A model generated the notes under the pieces. It saw only the letters and a program-made list of their open reading frames with translations. It did no database searches and was not told the origin of the DNA. The position numbers were made by a program, and so were the translations under genes. 64,000 bases of DNA from Eledone cirrhosa (lineage: Eukaryota). Shown here piece by piece: positions 14,036 to 24,855 of the stretch. Each line of letters starts with the position of its first letter. Positions within the stretch are counted from its first letter, which is position 1. The stretch is from the NCBI GenBank assembly GCA_964016885.1, contig OZ024750.1, forward strand, positions 12,338,001 to 12,402,000. Reading direction: 5' to 3'.

Positions 14036-14145
14036 AATATTAACAGTTGTTTCATTAGTCCGGTGTGTCTAAAAGTCGCTATCGTTAGAAGTTACGTCAC
14101 TCGACTTTAATTACAGTTGATACCCGACCAAATCGTCAGAATACT
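14036..14145 (-). ncRNA. Type I hammerhead ribozyme-like motif with extended stem II
   Basis: Minus strand reads agtatt CTGACGA tttggtcggg-[about 60 nt]-ccggactaat GAAA caactg TT aatatt. Stem I is agtatt/aatatt, both core boxes are present, and stem III is near-palindromic. Confidence 0.6.
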
Positions 14146-14171
14146 GATTACCTTAAACGATATCTTGTTAT

Positions 14172-14231
<60 letters not shown>

Positions 14232-14372
14232 TGCATGCATGGTCCTGTAACTCCTGGGGGAGTTGTAGGAGAAGTGTATTGACATACACCATTCCTAGGG
14301 CATTTTATTTAAAACCTGGTAGAGCCCATCTCCTCTCCAGGATATATATATATATATATTATGTGTGTGTGT

Positions 14373-15243
14373 GTATAATAGCCCGATTACGTAAATATTC
14401 GCTGATTTTCTGAACATTATATCTGAATTTGTGAAGTTATATTAGACAGAAACGGCGTCGTCGTCCAGGAAATGAGATATTTACCTATACCTCTACCTAA
14501 ACACAGTCAGCGTATCTACTAATAACTAAATATGTGTTCTCTGAACAGTTAATTGTGGCTGCATTACTTCAATTCACCAGATTTATCGAGTGAGCTAGAC
14601 GCTGGCCAGAGGACTCTAAATTTATACCAGCTATCTTCGTTGCTTTGATTATATTATACTCCCAGCTGCGCTGATTTGAAACTCCTGTATAAGGTTAGAC
14701 TTTTCACTATTTCTTGTTTATGTTTAATATTAAATTCTGAGTATTGAATGTTCGATTTTGTATCACAAATCGGATTTTATTTGCTTGTATATATGTACAT
14801 ATGCATGTTCATCGTTATGTATGTATGCACATATACTAGAGGCAGGTTGAGTGCTTCATTTTGCGGCGAATTCCTTTGTCTGAATTCAACCACCAAACCA
14901 CGTGTTTTAGTCTGCGACAGAATCTTCCTCTTTTCATTAGAGGCAGAGTGGGGGAATTCCGTGAACTGCTGGATAGCTTATCCATTGGTTCTGGCTAACT
15001 CACACTATCGTATGATTTGGGCAATCTGCTGAAGAAGTGTAATAGCTCGATTACGTAAATATCCGCTGATATTACGTGATTTTCTGAAATTTATCTGCAT
15101 TTGTGGAGTTATATTACACAGAAACGACGTATTTACTAATAACTGTGTGTCCTCTGAATAGTTTATTGCAGCTACATTACTGCAATTCGCCAGATTAATT
15201 AAATGAGCAAGACGCTGGCCGGAGGATGCTGAATTTATACCAG
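14373..15243 (+). repeat. Two diverged direct copies (14373-14630 and 15038-15243) of an LTR-like sequence
   Basis: Both begin TGT(A)..AATAGC.CGATTACGTAAATAT and align through 'gacgctggcc.gagga...atttataccag'. CpG-rich relative to the flanks. LTR identity is inferred only from the TG start. Confidence 0.55.
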
Positions 15244-15612
15244 AAATTCACTCAGATGGTGGATGGGTGCTACACGAGAATGCTGAGGATGGCTCTGAAC
15301 ATTAATCAGTATACACTGAGGATGAAGAACTCAGAGCTGTATGGGAGCCTCCCAAAATTCAGCTCAAAAGTGACACAGTGGAGACTGAGGTTAGCTAGAC
15401 ATGCTCACCGACATCCAGAGTTGACACTGCACTCAGTGCTCCTGTGGGAGCCTCTGCATGGACATACTGGAAGAGGAAGACCGAAGTTAACACATGTTGA
15501 TGCCCTAAGGACAGACACTGGTCTGTTGGAGACACAGGATATGGCAGCGATAATGAGAGACAGAGACTGCTGGAGAGAACTCGTCCATGGATCTCGGGAA
15601 TTTTACCCGCCT

Positions 15613-15615
<3 letters not shown>
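15244..15615 (+). mobile_element. RTE/RTEX-type LINE ORF C-terminal fragment, uninterrupted
   Basis: ORF 15226-15615: DGCYTRMLR...LYGSLP...RLRLARH...VLLWEPLHG..GRGRPK.T..D.LR.DTG...MRDRDCWR, the typical post-RT C-terminus of RTE-group elements. The stop codon is directly followed by (TA)n. Confidence 0.85.
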
Positions 15616-15643
<28 letters not shown>

Positions 15644-16287
15644 TAGTTTAAAAAATATATACTACAGTCTTTGCTTACCCCACCTTACCATAATCAGCAC
15701 CTTCTAAAGTTCTCAGTGTGTGTGTAGGTATAATTATACCAGTAATATACTTTCGGTAAATAGTCTCTTTCTTCTTGCCTCCTAATAATTCTACTTCCCT
15801 CTTAAATCATCAGTACACAAGTAAACAGCCTTCTCTTTCTCTTGCCTCACACTGTTACTATCTCGCTCCCTTCAACATTTCTCTCTCTCTCCTTCCACAC
15901 AATTACTATTACCCTCCCCCCTACCATCAAAACTTTCTCCCACATTTTTAAAAACCATTACTCCATTACCCTCACATATAGATACACATAATGATTATAT
16001 TGATATTTAGGTCTAAGGATGAATTCAATGTTTAAATAGAAACGACATACCATAAATATACAAGTATCTAAAAACATCCAAAACGTTTTGTATATTATAC
16101 GAATTTTTAAGAATGTTTACTTCATCCATGCTTAATATTCATTTGTAGTGATAGAAAAAACTGTTACAATTAAAATAAGCTGTTAGGGTTAGAGTAAACA
16201 CATTGATATACAACTGAAAAATCCTGTCTCTGTGAAGAAGTGAAAATACATCCAGTGTGCTCTACTAGAAAATGTCTTCTTCTTTGA

Positions 16288-16390
16288 CCACTTATTCCTG
16301 AGAGGGTCATGGGAGGCAGAGTCCTTAAACACTCCTTCCAGTGGGTCCTGTCAGAAGCAACCATCTCCCACTGATCTAGCTGGACCCCCT
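16288..16390 (-). mobile_element. RTE-like LINE 3' end (second family)
   Basis: MVASDRTHWKECLRTLPP. Homologous to 12150-12260. Confidence 0.65.
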
Positions 16391-16536
16391 ATATGATGTT
16401 AAAATACTTAAAATACCGAAGAAGAGTTTATGTGGTAACCAAACATTTCCCAGTTCAACTAGTCAAAGAATTTATTCACTGAGAGTGAAATAAATAATTC
16501 TGCCATATCCCATACAACTTTTAACCAGTAAACTGT

Positions 16537-16742
16537 CATCATCATTGTTTAACGTCCATTTTCCATGCTAGGTTGGGTTAGATGTTTTGTCACCTTTGAG
16601 GCAAGTCAGGTCAGGTGACCATGTCTTGCTCATACAGAACTCTTTCAGGCTTAGTTTCTATGGCTGGATGTCGTTCCTAATGCCAACCAGATTTACAATG
16701 TGTACTGGGTATTTTTTGTCCTGAGTCCTACACGACCACTTA
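16537..16742 (-). mobile_element. RTE/SINE 3' tail
   Basis: 'catcatcattgtttaacgtccattttccatgctag...ggctggatgtcgttcctaatgccaacc'. Confidence 0.8.
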
Positions 16743-19204
16743 AAAACTTCTATATCACACATTTTCACCTACATAGTGTGTATATTGACTTGATTGCTAG
16801 TCTATGTAAAGTTAGAAATATTTTCCGTGTACATATCAGCTGGTCTTCCATTAGTATCACAGCAATTCCTGTTTCAGAATCTGACAAAGATTTATAATTC
16901 TGAAAAGCTGTCAGTTTAATAGCCAGGTTCCATTCATCAGTAAGATTATATGCATTTCAAATATGTAAATAAGCTTCAATATATTGGATGTTTTCATTTC
17001 AATGCTATATGTGTTGATAATTGTTTTATACAGTTGTTAAACTGACAGCATTATGCAAATTACCTAATGCACATGCATGCTAAGGAGCATCTTCTTGGAA
17101 CACCCGACACCTTCTATTTATCAGTTAAATGTATCAGTGTTAAGTGAAATCTGGTGACTATTTAAATATATTTGAAATTGAGTCAAGTTTATAACTGCAA
17201 CATACTTCAAAGTTTCCTTCTATAGAAGGATTATGTTTATAGCAATCATATAAATAAACTTTGTTATTTCTGATTACTTTAGATGTACTTATATTACATG
17301 ACCTCAGTGAAGATGGAAAACGGTTTGTTTGTTGTTGTTTGTTTTGTTGTTTTTTTTGTTTGGTTTGGTTCCTTCATCTGTCTGTTAGCCTGTATTCTCT
17401 ATAAGAATAAAATTGTACTAAACATATAGGATAAAATTTATATTAGTTTTATGATTGAAGAAGCATCTTAATTCCTCAAGTGTATGGTGAATATAATCTT
17501 ATGTTGTCTGCATTTCAGTGAACCACTTTCAAGACTCGTTATTTTTATTTTTCCTTCCATTCTAATTAGTTAACTTATAAATGAATACATTATAAGTTTC
17601 ACTTGATATTTGAACAACTAAAGTATTGATGTCTATTTTAGTGTTGTTTTGATTTTCAGCATGTAGTTCCATTTTAAGCATTATACAGTTACTTTTACTG
17701 TATTTCATCCTAACATTTTCCTTCATTTACGATGATGCATTCTGTCTATTCATTGATTTCTCAGAATTTCTAAGATTGTCTTTCGTTGATTTCTTTGATC
17801 ATTGTCTCTTTATCCAGCTTGATGTGATTAGTTTTTGCAAGTCTTTTCTTTCTTCAATGCAGTCTTCATACATTTCTCTGAACTCATTTTCATACTGTCT
17901 GATGTTAAGTATCCAAATATCTGTTATTTCCTCCATATACCTTAATGTTATATGTATTAGGTATATGTATCATATAATTGGCAATCTTTCACATCTGTTT
18001 TTATATCCTATAGAACCTTTTCTGTTATAATTCCATTCACACTTAGGGAACTTTATAGGAATATACTAGACTTTTGTTATAAAATGAGAACAATGTTCTA
18101 AATAGAAGCAAAAATCTTGTCTTAGTGATAGAGAGAGCCCAAATACTTTTTTGTTAAAGACTGGTAGGGTAACATTCTTACTATCTGAAAGACTTTCTAC
18201 AATGCCTGGTTATTGAAATTAGGACAGAAAAAAACCACTATTCCATTTCCTACAGAAGAAATATATACTTTAGTGAGAATGGTAATCTACTACCAGGGGT
18301 ACTTAGACTTAAATTGTGCATGTATACAATAGAGATTGAGTATCTGGAAACATCACTTTCCATGAAATCAAAAACAAGATACTTAACACTCAGAGATTTT
18401 CCTGTATTCAAGCTCTTGTATAAAGTACAAGCAGCAATCTACATGAGTAGAATTGACTGAATAAACAACAGCTAAACTGTTTTAACATGAAGAGTAATTC
18501 CTAGTAAAACAAGTAAACAGTGTTTATTAGCAATCAACCAAGAAACTCCTGGCCTGGCAGTTTACAACAATTTTAAATAGCTATTATTAATATGAAAACT
18601 TCTATGTATTTCTAGCAAATATTAGAATAGACTATAATAAAATCCATATTCTGGTATGTGCTTGGCTCCATTTTATAAAACATGCTTTAGCCTTAATACA
18701 TGCTTCAATGTATTATAATGGGTAAATGATATTTTAAATGTGTTACATTTCATATATTTGATAGAATTAATACCATATAAACTTTAAATACATAGCTATA
18801 CATTGAATTCTAAGTTGTTGCTTCATGCAACAAAACTGGGGCAACTTAATTCATACATGATAATTATGTAAATATTTTATTCTTCCTTAAATCTATATGA
18901 TATGAATGAAAAATATTTCTATTTTTCTTGAAACAATGTCATTATCTCTCAACGAATCTACCAAAATCCATCTTTGAATAATCCCTGAATCAGAATATCC
19001 CAAATCTCAGCTACTCACAATGTGAAAAGGGTGAATTTATTAAAAGTGATGAAGAAAGTGAAAACTTCTAATGGAGTGGGAATGAAGCAGTTGAGGAAAA
19101 ATAAAATATTTACTCTGAAATCAAGCAACAATACCAAAATGTTTCTTTTATATTTTGTTCTAAAATAGAACAATCATGTTTCCCCGATATGTTTTAGATT
19201 TTAA

Positions 19205-19239
<35 letters not shown>

Positions 19240-20537
19240 TCCTTTGTCTCACATATCGATATGCAGAAAATCTGATGTAAGTTGGGAGTATTTGACTTCT
19301 TTGAACTTTGCAGAATTTTCCATGTTCCTGCATTGGATTTTATGTCAAATTCTGAAAATCATTGTCCCTAAGACCTCACATCTGTGGGACAAAAATCAGA
19401 AATTAAGCATATAAATGAAAAATGTGTTATGTCCAAAAAGCATTTGTCAACATTTTTAACCATGTAGCTGTTTAGACTGGATATTCTGTCAGAATCGAAT
19501 ATGCATTCTTTAATTTGTATGCTTGGTCCTCTTCATATTGGAGATCTTATCTCATTGGTAACAACTCTTCAAAATAGGATCCTAAAATTGCAAGTATTGT
19601 ATGAGGGTCTTTATTATTTTTTTTTCATTTTTCCATCACTGCCTAATAAATGTTTCCAGGCATTCATCTAGTCTCTCTTTCATTTTAGATTATCTTAACA
19701 TTAGCATTTATATTCTTCCTGCTGCTACATTAAATTTCAATGCGATTAATCTCGTTATTAATGTATGACATTTTAATACAAGCAGAAATGGCAGATTTTA
19801 AATAGACAAATGAATATTTATAAACAGAATCCTTGTAAAAGTTTGAGTAGATGTTTCCTTTGCCTGTTATTTCAACGGAAAATTAAGTAGAGAAATATGT
19901 CCCAATACCAGTGGGTGTTCAAAGTCGAATATAATGGGACTATCAGTACTATTAAGAGCATATGTATTCAGAAGATATTAACATATTTATGTATTTTGAT
20001 GAAAAGGTACATAAATGATGTACAATAACATGTTTATGTATGAAAGTACAAAAAACTTGCAACTTATTTGGGAATGATTCTATGAAAGTAGAAGAAAGCA
20101 TTGTTTCTATTAAAGATAAAGTTCTGTGGATGTCCAATGTAATAAGTTTGAAATGATAATATTTGGTTTACAAATGAAAAAAATGTCAAGGTCTGAGATA
20201 AGCACCAACAATTCAAAACAGTGAAACAGAATGGCATGCAATATCCCCTGGTAGTTGGAGTTTAGGATAATGATACTATCTGCTTGGTCAACACTGATAT
20301 TTGGAAATTGTGAAGACAGTTAATTAGCAACTGTTAATTTTCGCTGTCTATTACAATTGCCTCTATTAAGGACTTTGTGCTGATATTACTGAAATTAAAT
20401 TTTGCATTTCACTTCTCTGAGATGAAGTTCAATGAAATACTGGGATTCAATTGATTACACCTCTTCCCTATAAGTTGTGGTTCTGTGTTTTAGTTAGAAA
20501 GCCTTATCATCTCTATTATTATTGCTCTGTCATGCAA

Positions 20538-20700
20538 TCATCATCATCATTGTTTACTGTCCATCTTCCACACTAGCATGGGTTGGACAATCATCATCAT
20601 TATTTACTGTCCATCTTCCATGCTAGCATGGGTTGGATGGTTTTGTTCCACTTGAGGTGGGATTGGTCAGGAGACCGTGTCTCACTCATATAGAACTGTC
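20538..20700 (-). mobile_element. RTE/SINE 3' tail with a duplicated terminal segment of about 50 bp
   Basis: 'atcatcatcattgtttactgtccatcttccacactagcatgggttgga' occurs twice in tandem. Confidence 0.75.
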
Positions 20701-20807
20701 CCAATGCAGTTGGATAATGCATCAGGGTATTTAGTCATCTGTCAAGTCACAAGGACCTCAGACAGATAATACTTTCCTACCATGTTAAATAGAGAGCAGT
20801 GCCTTGA

Positions 20808-21156
20808 ATAATATGGTCCTAGGGATAGACAATACCCAAGAGAAAGGTGGGGTAGTTATAGCTAAATAATATGGTCCTAGGGATAGACAATACCCAAAAG
20901 AAAGGTGGGGTAGTTATAACTAAAATGTAAAGTCCTAGAGATATACAATACCCAAGAGAGGGGGAGGGTTAGTTATAGCTAAAATGTAAGGTCCTAGAGA
21001 TACACAATATCCAAGAGAAAGGGGGTAGTTATAACTAAAATGTAAGGTCCTAGAGATATACAATACTCAAGAGAAAGGTGGGGTAGTTATAGCTAAGTAG
21101 TATGGCCTTAGGGATAGACAATACCCAAGAGAAAGGTGGGGTAGTTATAGCTAAAA
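20808..21156 (+). repeat. Minisatellite, about 58-bp unit x6
   Basis: Unit approximately 'atggtcctagggatagacaatacccaagagaaaggtggggtagttatagctaaataat'. Six 'caata(c/t)(c/t)caa' cores counted. Confidence 0.9.
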
Positions 21157-21279
21157 TGGCTTTGATGATAAATCTACTTAGTCAGTCAAGGCTAACTTTG
21201 GTTTAAACAGCAACAAACACAACAATAAACTAGTTTGTGACTCTAAATACTTCTATTCCATTTAGTATTATGAACACTC

Positions 21280-21600
21280 TAAATAGCTCTCTAGCTTGGT
21301 ACTGGTGATTATTGATTTGTTTCTCTGTATTTGAATACACACCTGTTGTCATAGGGACCAGAAAAATCTTAGTTTACAGAGTTCTTTTCATTGTCAATTA
21401 TTAAGACTTGGTCACCGTGCTTCAGCAATCTGGTTTGTTTGCAGAGAAACGTTCATGTAGATTTTACAATCAACATTCTCTAATATTGGTTCTAGACAAT
21501 GTTCATATAGTTTCTCATTTATTTGATGACATAAGCTACCTGCTTCCCGATGAAAGTTTTCTTTTTTCCACCTAATGGACTCCAATGATATTATCTTTTC
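21280..21600 (-). mobile_element. Decayed R4/Dong-like (REL-endonuclease) non-LTR retrotransposon C-terminal region
   Basis: ORF 21412-21603 'LYEHCLEPILENVDCKIYMNVSLQTNQIAEAR*P' followed by 'IIDNEK...PYDNR' resembles the R4-clade pattern 'YEH.PE.VLENE..KI.WDF.IQTD..IEARRPD.VIIDK....ID.AVP.D.R'. Confidence 0.7.
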
Positions 21601-21664
21601 CAACCTCCTTTAGGTCATATTACATTCACACTAGACATCTCTATTACAATCAGGATAATAATAA

Positions 21665-21960
21665 TGATATCTACTATAGGCACAAGGCCAGCAATTGGAA
21701 GGGGAGGGGAAAGTCAATTAAATCGACCTCAGTGCATTACTGGTACTTTAGGTCATATTGAATTCACAATAGACTTCTTTATTACTGTCATGATAATAAT
21801 AATTGTTTTTAATTTTGGCACAAGGCCAGCAATTACCCAGTGCATTACTGGTACTTTATTTTATTGATCCCGTAAGGATGAAAGGCAAAGTTAACCTTGG
21901 CGTGATTTGAAACTCAGAACGTAAAGGACCATAACTCTATGCTGCAAAGCATGGCGTCTG
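21665..21960 (-). mobile_element. tRNA-derived SINE group B, two adjacent partial copies
   Basis: 'ggcacaaggccagcaatt...cagtgcattactggtacttt...taaggatgaaaggcaaagttaacc', the reverse complement of 37624-37819. Confidence 0.8.
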
Positions 21961-22959
21961 ATCCCTTTACCCATTAATCAGGTTCTTTTGTTAGACAGAA
22001 ATATTGTGAGACATTTATTTTCCATTTTGAAGCTTGAAAGAATAAATTAAATGACAATTTTCTAAAACCACATCGATTCAGTGGAATAAAGTGTGACTCA
22101 TTTAAACCTTCTCTTTACTGTGACAGGTGCTATGCTGGTTGTCAGCTGTTGCTAATACCCTCACAAAACTGGTGGATCTCAGAAGGACTATCTGAAAAAA
22201 GATTAAGGGGTGAACAATGAACTTAATCAATATCTGAATTCATTTTACATGTGAAAACAGTTGTTCCCCACTTTTAGTTCTCAATAGAAAGTTATCATTG
22301 AAGTTCCACCAGCCACATTACTCAAATTGTACAAGGCTGTGAGCATCTAGCAACATTTTAGATACCAGGTGCCCAGTCTTAGGCTCAGGAGAATTATAAT
22401 AAGCAGAAAGCTATGATTCTACAGATATAGGATCCATGGCTTTTTTTTATTTTTTTTTTTTTTATTAGAAAACACCTACATGACCTCTTTACTGTATGAA
22501 CTGGGTGCTTTTTGTTGTAATACCTACATGACCACTTTACAGTGTAGGCTGTGTGTTTTTTGTGGAGACACAAGAAACTGAGAGAAAGAGGAACATATAG
22601 AAATTTCTCCCACAAAAAATATATATGGGATAGCTTGAGCAGACTTGTGAACTGTAAAAGATCCTCTTCCAGTCATGCAGCCTTTTAAATAGAAGAGAAC
22701 TAATTAACAACTGTTGGTTTCATTTGGATACCCAAAGCACTCACAGTACAACCTACTGCATTTCTATAACTGTGGACATACATTTATACATAAAGTTTCA
22801 AGGCCTAGAGCAAGGATTATGGTTGATTTATACCAGGCCACTTGTTATGGAAACAGGGTTCCTCTTCAAAACATAACTTTCTGATACACTTGTAGTTGGT
22901 CTTTTGTCAGAAAAATGCGTATTTGGTTCAACCATTTAAAAGTTAGAAATTTTGGCAGA

Positions 22960-23340
22960 TAGTTTAGAAATATTTAACTGTGAAGATGATGGAGAAATTC
23001 CTAGATTTAATCAGCAGGTTGAAGGAGCTGATCATTAACAACAGTCAGGTTATGCCCTGAAGTTAATTGCTGTTTATCCTGATTAATATGACAGTCAAGT
23101 GACGTGTCATTGGATGTGGTTTAAGATGCCTGTGTGTCTAGCAACAGTGTTGTCTTATATATGTGAGCAGTTCTCCATTCTGGGTCTCACTTGGCTTTTG
23201 TAAAGAACCAACAATTTTGTGGGATGAAGTATTTTCTGACGCTTAAGAGAAAGATTGTCATTGAAATGCAATCATAGCTATGTTAGTGATGCCTAATTCC
23301 CAAGAGAGTTTCTCTATCTTAGTGAAGCCTAGCTTTTGGA
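22960..23340 (-). mobile_element. Decayed CR1/L2-group LINE, post-RT region
   Basis: Minus strand: LGFTKIEKLSWELGITN..., FLLSVRKYFIP/(frameshift)KLLVLYKSQVRPRMENCSHI*DNTVARHTGILNHIQ*. Matches the CR1-group 'LYK.QVRP.MEYCSHIW' motif. Confidence 0.75.
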
Positions 23341-23806
23341 CCTAATCACTGTTCATATCAAGGAAACAATCTTCTATCAGACCCTCTCTAATTTTGTTTA
23401 GCAAACATAATTATAATCCCTGTTAATAGTCTCTTTTAATGGTCTTACATTCCTAGCTCTTCAGAAAAAGAAACTATTTTGATTCCAATTAGTTGCTGAC
23501 TTGTTATAATGCTCAAATGAGACTCACGATAGAGTACTGCTAGACACAAAAATACATCTTGTTGAATACAAACATGTGAGTCAATGCATTAATTTCATCA
23601 CCACTGTGCCTAACAAAATTGACTTTGCTTTCAAAACTCTTCTCCACTTTGTTGTAAATAAATATCACCAACACTACGGAGGTTGTCACGTCCTTGACAC
23701 AACTGAAGGGTCCTCTCAACTCTTTGTTTGGCAAGCTTTCTATGGTAGAATGCTCTACCTACTACCAACCATATTACAGCATGTACAGGGTGTGTTTATC
23801 ATGTAG

Positions 23807-24009
23807 ATCACCAACACTAGGGAGGTTGGCATGTATATCACCAACACTAGGGAGGTTGTCATGTATATCACCAACACTAGGGAGGTTGTCATGTAGATCA
23901 CCAGCACTAGGGAAGTTGTCATGTATATCACCAACATTAGGGAGGTTATCATGTATATCATCAACATTAGGGAGGTTGTCATGTATATCACCAACACTAG
24001 GGGAGGTTA
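23807..24009 (+). repeat. Minisatellite, 30-bp unit x about 7, continuing from a reversed SINE/RTE tail
   Basis: Unit 'atcaccaacactagggaggttgtcatgtat'. It explains the repetitive ORF SPTLGRLSCI. Confidence 0.9.
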
Positions 24010-24539
24010 TAATGTCCTTGAAATGTTAATATATAATTGATGTTTCTATTTAGATTGCAAAGCCGAAATAAAATCATTCTATGACCAAAATCAACAAAGA
24101 TGAGTATCCCATTGAAGAATGGGGAAATGTCTCAACTACTTAATGCTATATAATTTAGGCTCCAACATATTGCAGTACCTTCCAGTAATGGAAATTGATA
24201 AAAACAAAAGGGGAATATATAAACAAAAGCAGCTTCTATTTGTTGTTTGTCAGAGAAATATTTCCATATTATTGCTTCTCTGGTATGGCATAATATATTG
24301 AATTAGATATCTTTGCTAATTGTGGGCCTCAGAAATAACTGATTCTTGTTGTTTTTACACTCTAAATTCATTTCACATGTGTGTGTGAGTGTTCTATACA
24401 TGTACATATATGAATATGTCCTTGAGTTAATTTGTGTATATGTGAATTTGTTGAAAGGGTGTGTAAATTGTGTATGACTGTTGCAGGTATTTTTATGTTT
24501 ATATGCATGTGTAATATGCATGTATGAGTTTTGCAGATA

Positions 24540-24855
24540 TTTGTATGTGAATCTGCATGTATGAGTGTGCATATATCAGGCATTTGCACGTGTATTTGCT
24601 TGTATCAGTGTGCATATATCAGGTGATTGCATGTGTATTTGCATGTATCAGTGTCCATATATCAGGTATTTGTATATGTGTATGCAAATATGAGTGTGCA
24701 TATATCAGGTATTTGCATGTGTATTTGCTTGTGACACTGTGCATATATCAGGTGATTGCATGTGTATTTGCATGTATCAGTGTCCATATATGAGTTATTT
24801 ATATGTGTGTATGCATGTATCAGTGTGCATATATCAGATGATTGCATGTGCACTG
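24540..24855. repeat. Degenerate TG-rich tandem repeat
   Basis: Recurring 'gtgtgcatatatcagg' and 'tgcatgtgtatttgc', with a duplicated block of about 130 bp. Confidence 0.8.

Noticed and set aside
16855-16945. Minus-strand CTGATGA...GAAAcag..ctgT as a hammerhead
   Set aside because: Position 17 would be G, and stem I does not pair.
18900-19560. Possible decayed transposase coding sequence
   Set aside because: Stops in all frames and no diagnostic motif that I could identify.
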